A stretch of 64,000 bases of DNA from Amoebidium appalachense (Eukaryota > Protista > Ichthyosporea), in the NCBI GenBank assembly GCA_963693365.1, contig CAVNZM010000002.1:11154328-11218327 (forward strand), in the 5' to 3' direction. Below are positions 23,699 through 36,366 of this stretch, piece by piece (position 1 is the stretch's first letter; each line of letters starts with the position of its first letter). Under the pieces are notes generated by a model. It made no database searches. It saw only the letters and a program-made list of their open reading frames with translations, and was not told where the DNA came from. Position numbers and translations under genes: made by a program.

Positions 23699-25341
23699 TA
23701 CGTACGTATCCTGAAGTCCCACGTGTTTGCGCCCGTACAGTGTGCAGCCGTGTTGCCGCATGCCCCCCCAGCAGAGCAGCATGGCCTGGTCAGGTCGTCG
23801 GGGTTGCACTTTGCCCAGCTGCCACTGGGTGCCACTAGATTGGTGCCACACCGCCCATCATTGCGCCAAACTGAACAAGTGTGTGCACTTGGGTTAGACA
23901 TTGTGTGGTAGTGTGTGTTCTCTGTGAAAGTGTTTGCTTCTGATATGCACATGTTTTTTGGTTCGGGTTGGTGAGAAGGCGACGGTGATGGTGGTAGTGA
24001 AAGGAATGATGAATTGACCGACATGCAACAACGGTGTAAATATTGGGCAGAGATCTAAGGTCACATGGGTGATAGTGACGGTAACGACCATATTGGGTGG
24101 TGGTGTGGTAGAATGGGGTAGGCAACTGAGGGGGGACGGGGGGGTGGGGGGGGGGGGAGGTAGGTGTTTGAGGGGAAAGAGGGGGGAGGGGGGAGGGAAG
24201 GGTGGCGAAGCATACATTGTCTGTAGTCGACACATGTAGCACATGTGCAGTATTGGGGCTCATCCGGTGCGCAGAACCCAAACGAGTTGCAGCACGGTAC
24301 AGGCCCCTCATTGTCGCATGCTGCCGGCCCACCAAACGGCCCAGGATAGGAAGGGCCACAGCGCCCATCGGGACGGAAATTGCCGAATTTGGTAGAGTTG
24401 AATCCAACTGGGAAGGGAAGGGGGGTGAAGTGGGAGGGGGGGGGGGGGGTTGGTGTCAACAAGTAGACATGGAACTGTAGTTTCTACTCGTAATGAAGTG
24501 GTGGGAGAGCATTTCTACTATTCTTGCAGCATGCTTGATACCTTATGGTGTGTAAATGTGTATGGGCAGACTCTGTATCATGCATGAGGATGGCTTCCAG
24601 GTGTGTCTGTACAAAACTTGTTCCACGGTGTGTGTGTGGAAGCAGAAGGGCAGTATCACAATGGGGTGTACAGTAGTTTAGTGGCCTGAGCTGTGGGCCC
24701 TACTTGTAAGTTAAACTTTATGCACACATGCGTATAGCGGCGGTGAGCTTGTCCTCGCTACGTGCATGCGCATTGCACTGTAGCTGTGGACGCTTGCCGT
24801 GTATTTATGACATTTACCCTGCATAAACGTGTGTGTGGTTTTACGGGGTGTGTGTATGCTGTGTGTTTGTTGCCATGTGATGAGGCGGCATGCACCTGTA
24901 TTCACGTGTCAATGACAAGAAAACAATTTGAGAACCACTTGGATTGATGATTACTACTTTTTCACCTTTACACTAATTGCGAATGATCCCTCCGATATGC
25001 CGTTGTGTGTTCTATAAAGTTTCTCCATCAAAGGTATCATGATATTCCCGTGTGGAGGTTGCAATGGCAGATTCGTGTTCATGTGCCTTGCAGATCATGT
25101 GTGTGGTCTGCCGTGCCAATTTGTATGTGTCTGCTCACTATTATGCCTGTGTTCACGTGTAAATGAGTTTGGTGCGAGTGTGCAGGAGGTATTTGCGGCA
25201 ATGTGCGCCATTGCAATGTAAATACACTACAAAGTTGCACAACACATGGTCAGGGCACCTACTGATGTCGAAGGCAGCCACCAGCCTGCTTGCTGCAAGA
25301 GCACAGCACACGGCCGTGTGCAGACGTGTCCTCGACCCCAT
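16832..25341 (-). CDS. Secreted mosaic glycoside hydrolase: signal peptide - 3x hevein-like (chitin-binding type 1) modules - PAN/apple - TSP1 - spherulin-4/GH135 catalytic domain; 13 exons, 642 aa
   Basis: Exons 25341-25263, 24407-24216, 23870-23706, 23025-22873, 22438-22297, 22006-21796, 21381-21124, 20286-20177, 19699-19546, 19000-18841, 18143-18079, 17644-17562 and 16988-16832 total 1929 nt in frame. Motifs: (W/F)RxDG(R/K)CG..C..PCC..G.C x3; [26 protein letters not shown] (PAN); [34 protein letters not shown] (TSP1); [43 protein letters not shown] (spherulin-4). Confidence 0.88.
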
Positions 25342-27096
25342 GCTCGCTGTGTGTGCCTGTGTGTCCCTATGCTACGCTATGCACAGAAGTGCTTTGAATT
25401 GTTTGTCGAAGAAAGTTTAAACAAAATGAATCACCGTGTAGGACAGTGAAACTAGGCACCCGTGTCCCTGCCCCTTGTTCAACGTCTGTTCAATCAATGT
25501 TCATACACAAGGGCAATTTGAAGCCCTTTCCCGCATATCTTGCATGTGTGTTGTTGGTGTATGGTGTTAAGGGTTTCTAGCTACCTTGCTTTCAAACCTA
25601 GCATTGTGCATCACAGAGAGACATGTACATAGACAAATGCGCACGTATTCGCATGCGATGTGTGTACATGTGCTGCCTGTGGACCAGCTGGCACTGTTTA
25701 CATTTATTTACATGTGTCCGTTTATGTGATGCATGATGATTGGCGGAGATTCTTTGGCGCCAAAGAGCGCGGTAAATTCAGCGACCTACCATGATCATAG
25801 GTCTAGCGAAGTGACCATACAAACACTTTATTCAAAAAGACAACGGGGACCGCCCTACAAGCGAAACCTAATAACAATCATGTTTTTATATAATATGAAA
25901 GCAAAATGTTCGACTAATCTGCCACTTTATCTAATCGGTTTGTTCAAGTGTGTGTTAAAATCACTTCTTATCAGGTCCACCTTTTTACCCTGTCAAGCGG
26001 ATGTCATCTCTACCAATCACAGTTTTGCTCAAAAGAATGGAATGCCCTTTCTTCCCCGCAGACATGCGCATCCCGGATGGAGCTACTGGTTTGTGCCCAC
26101 TTTACACAAGATAAGGGCACAAATAAAGCGGGATGAAAGAAGCAAATTTACTGCAAGTAAGTGAACGTTACCAGGAGACAACTTGGCTCTTTGAATCGGC
26201 GATGGTTCGAAAACTCCTGCTTGAACAGGCTGCGTCACCAATTGCATTCCATTCTCTCCATGTTTGTACGTTTTTACAGGGGTTGCCTGGGTTTGGCGCT
26301 CTTAATTGTATTTAGTCAAATTCCGAGCATTTCGACACCCTTCAGGGTCGTATTCACTAATTGGATGCCCCTTTTTAATCGTGTTGCGGGGTTTCCTAAA
26401 TCGTATTTTGGGCCAATATGATTCGTAAGGCAAACCCTGCAAAACGTTTTACTGAAAGCAGCCAATAAGATTGCGTTACAGATCAGTATTCGCATACCAC
26501 CACCAAAGCATCGCCAGGCGATGCAACGGCTGTGACAGTGTGACCTCACTGACCGCTGCCTGGCCGCGGTCGGCGACAGAGAAGAGTTATTGGCCTATCT
26601 GGGGCCGTCCCCATATGCATACTGCAACTTACAGTAACATTGCCAAGCTGAAGTCAGCAGGTGCTGTACATAGCTGCACACGTGGCATGACACGGTGGCA
26701 CGTACATTCGAAAGTAGACCGTACTGCAGCAATGTATCGTATATATATATACTAGAAAGTTCATGGGGCACGCCTGCGGGCCTGAAGATTTTGAAACAAC
26801 ACCGGAAAACTGGTACCATGCACACACAACCAGATGCACATGTACAGAGAATGCATTAGGTATATCAGCACAATGATGCATATCATACTGCGCACACAGA
26901 CATAAACACTACATGTACACACATTCACGACCAGACACATATATGAGATACACACTCTACGTATACATGACACACCCACACCCACACACCCTTATGCACA
27001 CACAAATACACGCACATGTACACACACCAATACACAAGCGCACATGCATGTACATACACACACCACACACAAACACACATACACACATGTACACAC

Positions 27097-27133
<37 letters not shown>

Positions 27134-27173
27134 CACACAAACACGCACACACACACACAAACACCTGACACGC

Positions 27174-27220
<47 letters not shown>

Positions 27221-28416
27221 CATGTGTACACGCACGCACACACACACACACACACAGTGACTCAAACTGTCATAACAATCATATGCATATTCTTGACCCA
27301 GACTGTCAGAGCCGGAAAGTGTATTCAATGGCATGATATCGATACGGTACTGCCTTGGATGTGTGAGTTCGCAAACATCTGTGTGTACCTGACCAAGAAA
27401 ACAAAACTTGCTATGCCCCAGTCAGCGGCTGCAGCTGCGCATGCGCATGCCCTGCAGCTGCCTGGCACAGGCTGCAGCGCCGGCGCCACCATGTTGAACG
27501 GTACAGGAACGTTTTTTCGGAAAATCGGACCCTGACGGACCGAAGTGTGTCTGCGGGCTGCAACATCTGAGCCAATAATAGTGTAAAACATAATCTTTCA
27601 GGCTGTAAAAGATGCAGGATCGCTAATGTGCGTGGTGTGCTGTGTTGTGCACATAAGACTTCGTTGTCACTGTTGAGCGACCGCCGACCTGTCACGTGTC
27701 GGTCGATTTGATTGGTTTACCTAAAATTGCAGCGCGCCATTCAACCTAGCCACCGGTCCTCATGAGTTTCGCGTCAGGCAGCTCAGGCGCTGCAGCAAGT
27801 TGCAACCCAGCCTATGCATTTGATGCACTGCCAACCGCACGCAACATAGTGCACAAAGGGCACGTGTTGCATGTCAAATATATGCCGTTTCTGGTACACG
27901 TGTTCCCTTATAAATAAATTTTCTTCGGCGCATGGCGGCATGGGCCACTTGGCGCGTGCGTAGATCTAGCCCGAAACTTCGAATCTGTGCCCCAAGTTGC
28001 TCAGCCAATAGATAGGCCCCTTGCATGCCATTCTAGATCTGTATTTGTTCAATTGCAAGCATTTTCCGATCTGGTGGCACACTCTCGGTAGAATCACCCT
28101 AAACGGTAATGTATATGCGCCATATAGGCGGATCCCCCCTGACCACGTAGTATCCCATACATCTGATCGACCAAAAATATGTATGTGTGTACACCTGCCG
28201 GCTTTCTGTTTGCGTCTCTGTTATTCGCCGTAATCAGCCATAATTACACCAAGTTAGCGGAGCTTTTTAACACATAATGTTACATTTAACCAACATAAAG
28301 CTTTAAGCCTCCTCATGCGATTACCAAACTATATCCCCCCGGGCCCCACGCACACATCATGCATATGTAGCTAACGTATATGTATACTATGGCCTACAAT
28401 AGAGGTCAGCCACGGC

Positions 28417-29010
28417 TCAAGAAATTGTTCCAAGTCCTTTTTTAATCATTGAATAGCCTGTGTTTGCAGCCGGCCTGCCACGTACGCGTGCGAGCGCAAG
28501 ACGGGCACCCGCCATCCTCACGGTCAGGCCAATGTTCTCGTGATGCCGGTGGTGCCGAAGGGAGCCATATGCATGTAGCGGAGGCCAGTCCTCTGGCCAT
28601 CCACAGCAACAGTGATGTGGGCAAGGGGCAGCACCTGGGTGAAGGTGGCCCCATTCTCCTGCCACTCCCGGGGGGCAAACACAACAGACTGGCCGGCAGC
28701 AACAACAGACACCTGGCGCTCAGACCTCTTGCCATCGGTCGAGCTGTAGACGGCTACAAGACGGATGGTGTTGCCGGAGCGGTTGAAGATGACGTATGTT
28801 GGGGGGCGGCAAGCGCCATTGGCACCGACGCAGGGGGTGATGGGCTTGGGCTCGGGGGCGGTTAACTGGGACAGGGGTAGGGGCAGGGACACCCTTGATC
28901 TCGAGCTTGTAGTCCACAGTAACGCCAGGCACGCCGGAGAAAGGTGTGGCGACAATCGAGTTGCCGCCACCCACGGAGCTAATAACCTGCACGCTGACAA
29001 TCTCCATCAC
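28417..29010 (-). pseudogene. 5'-truncated inverted duplicate of the 3' part of the repeat-domain gene at 45.55-46.12 kb
   Basis: High nucleotide similarity to 45553-46125 (MEIVSVQVISSVGGGNSIVATPFSGVPGVTVDYKLEIKG...FAPREWQENGATFTQV), with frameshifts. It begins abruptly at a (CA)n tract. Confidence 0.85.
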
Positions 29011-29016
29011 ATGTGT

Positions 29017-29226
<210 letters not shown>

Positions 29227-29372
29227 GGGTCTAAAAGCGGTAGGTAACCCTTGCAGTAGGACCTTCGGATCCAGGCTAGGCTATTAACTGTCATGCGTCA
29301 CTGTGAACCATTTTCACACCCTGGTTCTTGCGCAACGTCACGAGCCAATCATATTTATCCGATGAATTTGTT

Positions 29373-31843
29373 CAGGGTTCGAAGGACGGTGGAGACCATT
29401 AACGGAAGTCGAAATCCCGTTTCGGAAAACCTCATCGAAAATCGGAATGCTCCGTACGCGTCGGAGCGGGCCCACCAAAAATCGTGATCGTCGCGCATCA
29501 GTAAACTAGGGCATGCTTATTTGTGCCTATATTGCATCTAGATGTAATTATAATGCATGCTCAAAAACCCCTGTGGTTATTAGAGGCCTTCCTGGTGTTG
29601 GCAGTTGAAGCTTTGAAGGAATAAAAGGGAAATATGAAGTGCATTAATGCACAATATATATATACATTTTGTCTACGTATATACGTACGGCCACGTCCTC
29701 TCACACATATGTGCGGCAGTGCCAGTGTATATGAGGTATACTATGTGTGCATATGTATCTAATTCCTGTGTGTGTCACTGTGTCCGTGGCCTTGTTTTTT
29801 CCCAGTGCACGCATTTTCTTTTATTTGAAGCTCGAAGAACAGTATTTTGGTCGCAATACCACGTACGGAACGGAGGGGGGTGCCAACCTTATGACGTTTT
29901 GCAAGGCTACCATTTGCCAAAACAAAGTAGTGTACAAAGAACACCCGATGCACATACCTCCCATGCAAACGATGCAGGATGTTTACTCGGTTGTCTCGGA
30001 TCACATGTACAAATACGTGCAAGCACTCATTGATAACTTGCAAAACCGATTCCCCTCGGACGAGTGCACTGAGATAAGGACGTGTTTGTTCCATCGATGT
30101 TCCCCATTATCACAAGCAGTCTCGAAGCATACGGAAACGGCAAGATTAGAGTGCTCGCTGAGTTCTATGGGTCTGTTAAAACAGTGGGCGGAACGAATTA
30201 TATACCCCCACTTGCCGCCGAAGATGTGATAGATCAGTGGCCACGCGCAGTTCCAAACAAATTATCTTTGAGCACCGGCATCTCCTTGAGGTTAAAGTAG
30301 AAAATGTACCTGTTGGATACAGGTCTCTGAACGAGGCATGGGCTGATCTTTGTAAGATAGAAACTTTGCAATCATATTGTGCTGCTGTACTTGAGTTGGT
30401 TAACATTGTGAGAATAATCCCAATTAGTAATGCAACAAGTGAACGTGGCTTCTCTGGTGTGAATATCATTAAGACTTCTCTCACAGCACGTATGACAACA
30501 CAGACAGTGCACAATCAGCTCATGATAGCCATGAATGGGCCGGATATAGAGGCAGATGTGAAGCACGTGAAAGCTGAGCTTAAGTTTCAGAAAGAAATGG
30601 CTAAGAAATTAGTTAAAGAGGGCAAACTGAAAGGGTTGACTGTAGAAGGGGCCAAGAGCAGCTGGAAAAGGCCCAGGTGGCCGAGGCAGCAGCCCAAAAG
30701 AAGGCTCTGGCAGATTTCCTGGCTTTTGACTGGAACAGGGTGCACAATGTGTATATTGCCAACCCTTCCAAATAAATTGGATCTCGGACAACGCACCAGC
30801 ACCTAGGAACCGTCAAGTAGTGTCCCTTGTTTCTATTTAAAAATTCTGGGGGAGGGGAGGGGAGGGAGGGGGGGGGGGGGGGGGGGGGGGGGGGAGGGTG
30901 AGTTGAGGCAGCAACATGGGAAGCTCAGGCAGAAATCGAATGTCTGGGGGGGGGGGGGGGAGGGAAGAAAATCACGTTGGGTGGTTGTGTTTGTGTTTGT
31001 GTGTGAGTGAGTATTTTTCATTGCAATTGTGTGTGTGTGTGTGTGGTGGGTATGTATGCACGGTGTGTGTGTTTGTGTGTATGTGTACAGGTGTGGGTGT
31101 GTGTGTTTGTGTCAGCGGTAATCGGTTGTGTATGTGTCTATGTTGTGTGCATGTGTGCACATGTGCACGTGTGTGTGTGTATGTGTGTGTGTGTTTGTGT
31201 GTGTGTGCGTGTCATGACATTGTGTGCATGTGTGTGTGTGTTTTGTGTCAACGGTTATGGTGTGTGTGTACATGTATGTATGTACAGCCACGTGCGTATG
31301 TATTTGTGTGTGTGTGCAGTGTGGTGTGTATGTATGCAGGGTGTGTGTGTCTGTGTACGTGTGTGTACATGCCAGTGTGGGTGTGTGTGTTTGTACCAAC
31401 GGTTTCTTGTGTGTGTGTGTGTGCTTGTGTGTGTGTGTGTACGTGCCACGGGGTGTGTGTGCGTGCGCCGTGTACATGGTGTGTGTGTGCAGTGTAAGTG
31501 TGTGTGTGTGTGTGTGTGTGTGGGTGTGTGGGTGTGTTTGTGTGTGGGTGTGTGGGTGGGTGCATAGCATGTGATTGTACAGGGTGGATGCATGTGCACG
31601 TTTGTAATACAGTTATCATGATCTGAGATAGTATGTGCCTGTGCACGTGTACTAGCCTAGGTCACGTGTGGTGTCACGGCTGTGTGTGTATGTGCATGTG
31701 TGTCTTTGAACGGAACACCGTGGTGCACAGTATGTGTATTGCCTGCCATTTAAGACGTGTGCCACTGATCGTGATACACGTGGCACCTGCACCTGGTGGC
31801 CGTCGACTCTGAGCATCTAGATCCATTCCATGTTTAGGTCTTT

Positions 31844-31881
<38 letters not shown>

Positions 31882-32412
31882 ACTAGTTGGGGGGGGGGGG
31901 GGGGAGAGGATCCGTTTAAGAGGAAAGGGGGGGGGGGGGGGGGGGTGAGGGCCGGAGCGGCGGTGGGGGAGAAGGAGGAGCAGCACTGGTGGAGGGAACG
32001 GTGGGCAGCGGAGGAGGGGGGAATGGGGTTCTATTTCTGGGGGGGGGAAGTTTTGAAGTAAAGGCCGGCCTATATTATATACATGCGCAGGCATATGCAT
32101 TGTATGTTCATGTGGCCATGCATGCATGGCTATGATGCATATGTGGTGTCACGGCTGTGTGTGTGTGAATGTGTGTGTGTGTGTCTGTGTGTGTGTGTGT
32201 GCGCGCGCGCGTAGGTGTGTGCATAAATGTGTTTGGTGTGACAACATGTACATGTGCTAGGCTGGCGCTGTAGTCAGGGTCTGCCATTGAACATTCTACA
32301 GGGACAGGGAGACAGGTAAGTACGTGTGCAGCTTGTGTGGGTGGTGTATGCCCCGTGTATGATGAGACCTGCGAAGTCATGAGAAGCTTCCCCCCGGGGG
32401 CCGGGGGGCGGG

Positions 32413-32466
<54 letters not shown>

Positions 32467-32556
32467 CTCTCGGGCGTTCCGATTCGGCCGGGACGATTTT
32501 CGGAACTGTGTTTTCAAATATCGGAAATTCCGATTTTTTCGTAACTTCGAACCCTG
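29373..32556 (+). mobile_element. hAT DNA transposon, internally deleted (non-autonomous), 3184 bp
   Basis: 12-bp TIRs CAGGGTTCGAAG (29373) and CTTCGAACCCTG (ends 32556). Perfect 8-bp TSD AATTTGTT at 29365-29372 and 32557-32564. Contains a transposase C-terminal remnant. Confidence 0.93.
29830..30720 (+). pseudogene. Frameshifted C-terminal fragment of a hAT transposase (dimerisation domain)
   Basis: YVQALIDNLQNRFP ... LELVNIVRIIPISNATSERGFSGVNIIKTSLTARMTTQTVHNQLMIAMNGPDI spread over three frames. The SNATSERGFS stretch matches the hATC motif. Confidence 0.88.
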
Positions 32557-33438
32557 AATTTGTTTGAAGGCAAATTCGATTTGATTAGGTCTCCCTGATC
32601 GACACCAGGTATATAAACACGCTTCATGATGACCGGCGGATCGAGCATCAGATCAGATTCACCGGGTAGCACAACTGGGGCATAAGCTCCGCATGCAGAT
32701 AGCGGCGCCGGTGTGGATCAGAGATAACACCAGAAATAGGGGTGCTCTTTGATGGAAAGAACTGTTGTTTGAGGGGTGTCGTTCCGTATTTGGGCTTCAT
32801 AGCTTACTATATATTAGAGATAGCTTATGCTTTTTTTTGACAACAAAATAAACCGGTATATGTTCATGATCATGCAATCGATGACACCAAAGCATGCACG
32901 CTTCGCGCATACACTGTCATTCATATATATATGCTAATGTTCAGCCCCTGAAATTCCCAAACCTTTAAATTGAAAAACACAAAAATTTTCATTTGGGGGG
33001 GGTATGTACTCCCTTCACTCGGCATGAAGTTGGCAAAGGAATCAAAACGCTGCAGCGTATATCTATCCCTTTCATACGGGCCGGTTCAGTAGTCACGGGT
33101 ATACTACCGTGCAGAGACCCAAACCGTTTTAGCGATCCGATTAGGTAGCTTTTTGGCCCGAAAGTCACTTTCCAAATTGGGAGCGATAACGATTTTCATT
33201 GGACAAAAGTTTCAGATCATACTATATAAGGCAGCTGCGCATGGATCTAAAGGTCACTTTTTGGGGCTAACAAGGGTTCAGCGTGTAAAACGGCGGGCCG
33301 GGCCGGGTCCGGGCCCGCGCCGCCAACCACCATCTACTTGCCACCCACACATCATAAAACTTAAGTTTCGCCCAAATCATAGTATTTCCCTTCTTAATAA
33401 ATGATAGCGGGCCTACGCCAGACAACTTCTATCGCTAG

Positions 33439-33615
33439 AATGGCCTCCCGCACAGCCAAAGCACTCGGCGTGCTCCTTTTTGCTCTGCTGGCCACTATTG
33501 CCAATGCAGCCAGCACCAGGTATTGTGAGCCCGATGAACCCCTCCCGGCCCCTGGTCCAATCAGGCCGTGTGGGCCTGGTGTGGGTGGTGCGGGCTGCGT
33601 GCAGCCGGCCCGGGT
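33439..33615 (+). pseudogene. Signal-peptide N-terminus of a secreted protein, probably the 5' end of the repeat gene that resumes at ~44566
   Basis: MASRTAKALGVLLFALLATIANAASTRYCEPDEPLPAPGPIRPCGPGVGGAGCVQPARV. The end matches the Cys linkers (PCVGSNGGCTPP, PPARVNSM) of the downstream repeats. Sequence character changes abruptly after 33615. Confidence 0.6.
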
Positions 33616-34483
33616 ACCATATCAGGAGCGGGCAATTTTTGAATTCTCCCTCCCCGGCCCCGCCGGGGAAAATTTGAGGTTTTTGGACCTCAAAGAAGTC
33701 AAATCCTGCAAAATCCACTACCGGGAGGCCAAAAAGGGTGATTTTACAAAAAAGGAGGGACATACATGAAAAAGAGAAAATGGGCGAGTTCAGTGGGCTG
33801 CCGATAAGTATATTTCGTGCTGGGCCGGTATACATGCTGCCGTGGTTGTTGCTGTAGACGGCAGTATGGCATCGCATGTGTCACGTGACCTGCACGTGAA
33901 TGCGACCATGTGCAGGCACTGAGTCTAGGGGGATTTGTATGTGTGTTTTGGAGCACCGACAAGGCAGAGCCAGGGTGAGGGATGTGTAAACATGGAGTTT
34001 AGGGAGATCGTGCTGCTATTGTAACATGTGCACAAAACAGCCACGTGCACCGGCACACTCCGGTGTACAGAACAATAATATGCACATGCGTCACTGTAAT
34101 ATCATGTATGCGCATGCCGCACAAGGTTTAGGAGACCACCACAGTATATACTATTTTCTTTTGGTTGATATCCATGTAGGAATGGTGTGTTGCAGTTGTC
34201 ATGATCAGCCTGAGGCAGGCACGTGCACTCACTGAATCACTAGAACTCATGAATAAAAAATACATTCGCTAAAAACGGCAAGGTAAATTTGGGGCCAAGC
34301 TATTATTTCCCCCTTTTAAACGTTTTTTTAGCTCCAAGAACTTCGACGCCAAAATTTCTATATTTGGCCATCGTATATGATAATGAACACGTGTACTTAA
34401 ATTAAAGTAGTTATATAAATATGAGCGGCCCGTTACAAATACAGTGACGAAAAACAGTGACCCACGAGCAGTTTTTCTTTCTA

Positions 34484-34531
<48 letters not shown>

Positions 34532-35854
34532 ACACACACCAGACACACACACCACCACCACGGTGACCACCACCACCACCACCACCACCACTCACCCCTT
34601 AAAAAAACCACACACATACGTGCACGTGTACACACACACACAGAACACCACCACCACCTCCACTGGACCCCATTTCCTCGTTGTTTTCTTAAGCCTTCAG
34701 ACCAGTCCTGCACACTGGAGTTAAACAATTGAATTCACCTAGGCTGACATGCATCCACCCCCGCCTTCCACTTCCCTCCCCCCACCCCCCTCCCCCCACC
34801 CCCCCACCCCCACCCCCTCCCCCTCGATGAAGAAGGGCCCCCGTAAGCCTTGGGGGGGGGGGGGGGGAGGGGGGGGGGAAGGGGGGAGAGGGGGGAGCTC
34901 TTGAGCCTCCGGGTAGGGAAGTGGGGTCCGGGGATCCGGAGAGGAGGGGGGGGGGGGGGGGGGAAGGGGCATATAATATTGGGCCTAGATATCATAGTAT
35001 GGGGCCCCGGGGGAGGGAGAGGTGGGGGGGGGAGGGGGGAGGATCCACGGGAAAGACCTTTAGGTGCATGTTCTTATTTATACCCCCTTCGAATCATCCC
35101 CCTCTCCCCCCCCCCCCTCCCCCCCCCCTGAGTGCAGGCCGTGACGTAGCTACGATAACCCTGCAGAAGGCAACAAAAATGTATTAATTACTAGCACTAT
35201 ACATGTGTTCATAGTGCAGCTTGCACCACGTATGATCTCAGCAACTTTAAAGTAGTCACAAAGTTTAGTTATTTTCATTATTTTCATTGCTCTGAACTCT
35301 ATTACTCTGAAATGATCACCGTGCATGTGCCGCAAGATAACAACCCTATATGTGTGCAGCTGCTGCCTGCAGGTTAGACTCGCTGAAAAGACAATTGTCA
35401 GTGTGCATCCGACGCTTGCAGCTGCAGCTAGCCTCTGCAACATTAATACTTGCCAAGTGAATGCTCTTACACTTGATCATCATTCACTCAAAAAACCGAG
35501 GACCGACAGATTAAATATTAATGTCGATCCGAATGATCAGCAAGTGTCTATGCGTACTACTATATATACACACACGTAAAATGCGAAGCTATCAGTTACA
35601 AGGCACACCTGCTGCACTGGCACACATACACATACACACCGGCAGATCGATGCTGTCAAAATTTACTTTCATGTACTTCGTAGGTCCGACACAGGTGCAC
35701 ATGAACACGTACATATGTACAAGCCGCGCACACACCACACCACACATACACACACACACACACACACTCACACACACACACGCACACACGCACACACGCA
35801 CACACGCACACACGCACGCACGCACGCACACACACACACACACGCACGCACGCG

Positions 35855-35919
<65 letters not shown>

Positions 35920-36249
35920 GACACACACACACACACACACATCACTGGGTGCGCTCGCTGGGGATTAGTTTTTTGGCACGCTGTTGACTTTATCGTGTGT
36001 TTATTATTTGCTATTTATTGGCCAGCGGCCAACATTTAAAAATATACTATATACCTAAAAATAGATACTGACTACGGCCAGCAGACATTATACACCTTCC
36101 AGGACACATTAACACCAATAGTCTAACACACCATACTCTCGATCACAAAGAATTCCTAACAAACAGAGAAAAGTGCAAAGGCTCTGTACTATTTATTACT
36201 CAGATTCTAAATTTTAATTCTTTACAGTAAACTTCGGAATGAAAGCTAG

Positions 36250-36280
<31 letters not shown>

Positions 36281-36366
36281 CCCCTAACATGACTGTACGA
36301 AGAACAGGTATAACTTGAAGCACTACAACACATATGAGATCCGTTACATTGGTGTACATTCCAATA

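Noticed and set aside
26343-27534. Possible hAT ends CAGGGTC ... GACCCTG
   Set aside because: Only about 7 bp match, and the flanking 8-mers (ACACCCTT vs ACGGACCG) differ.
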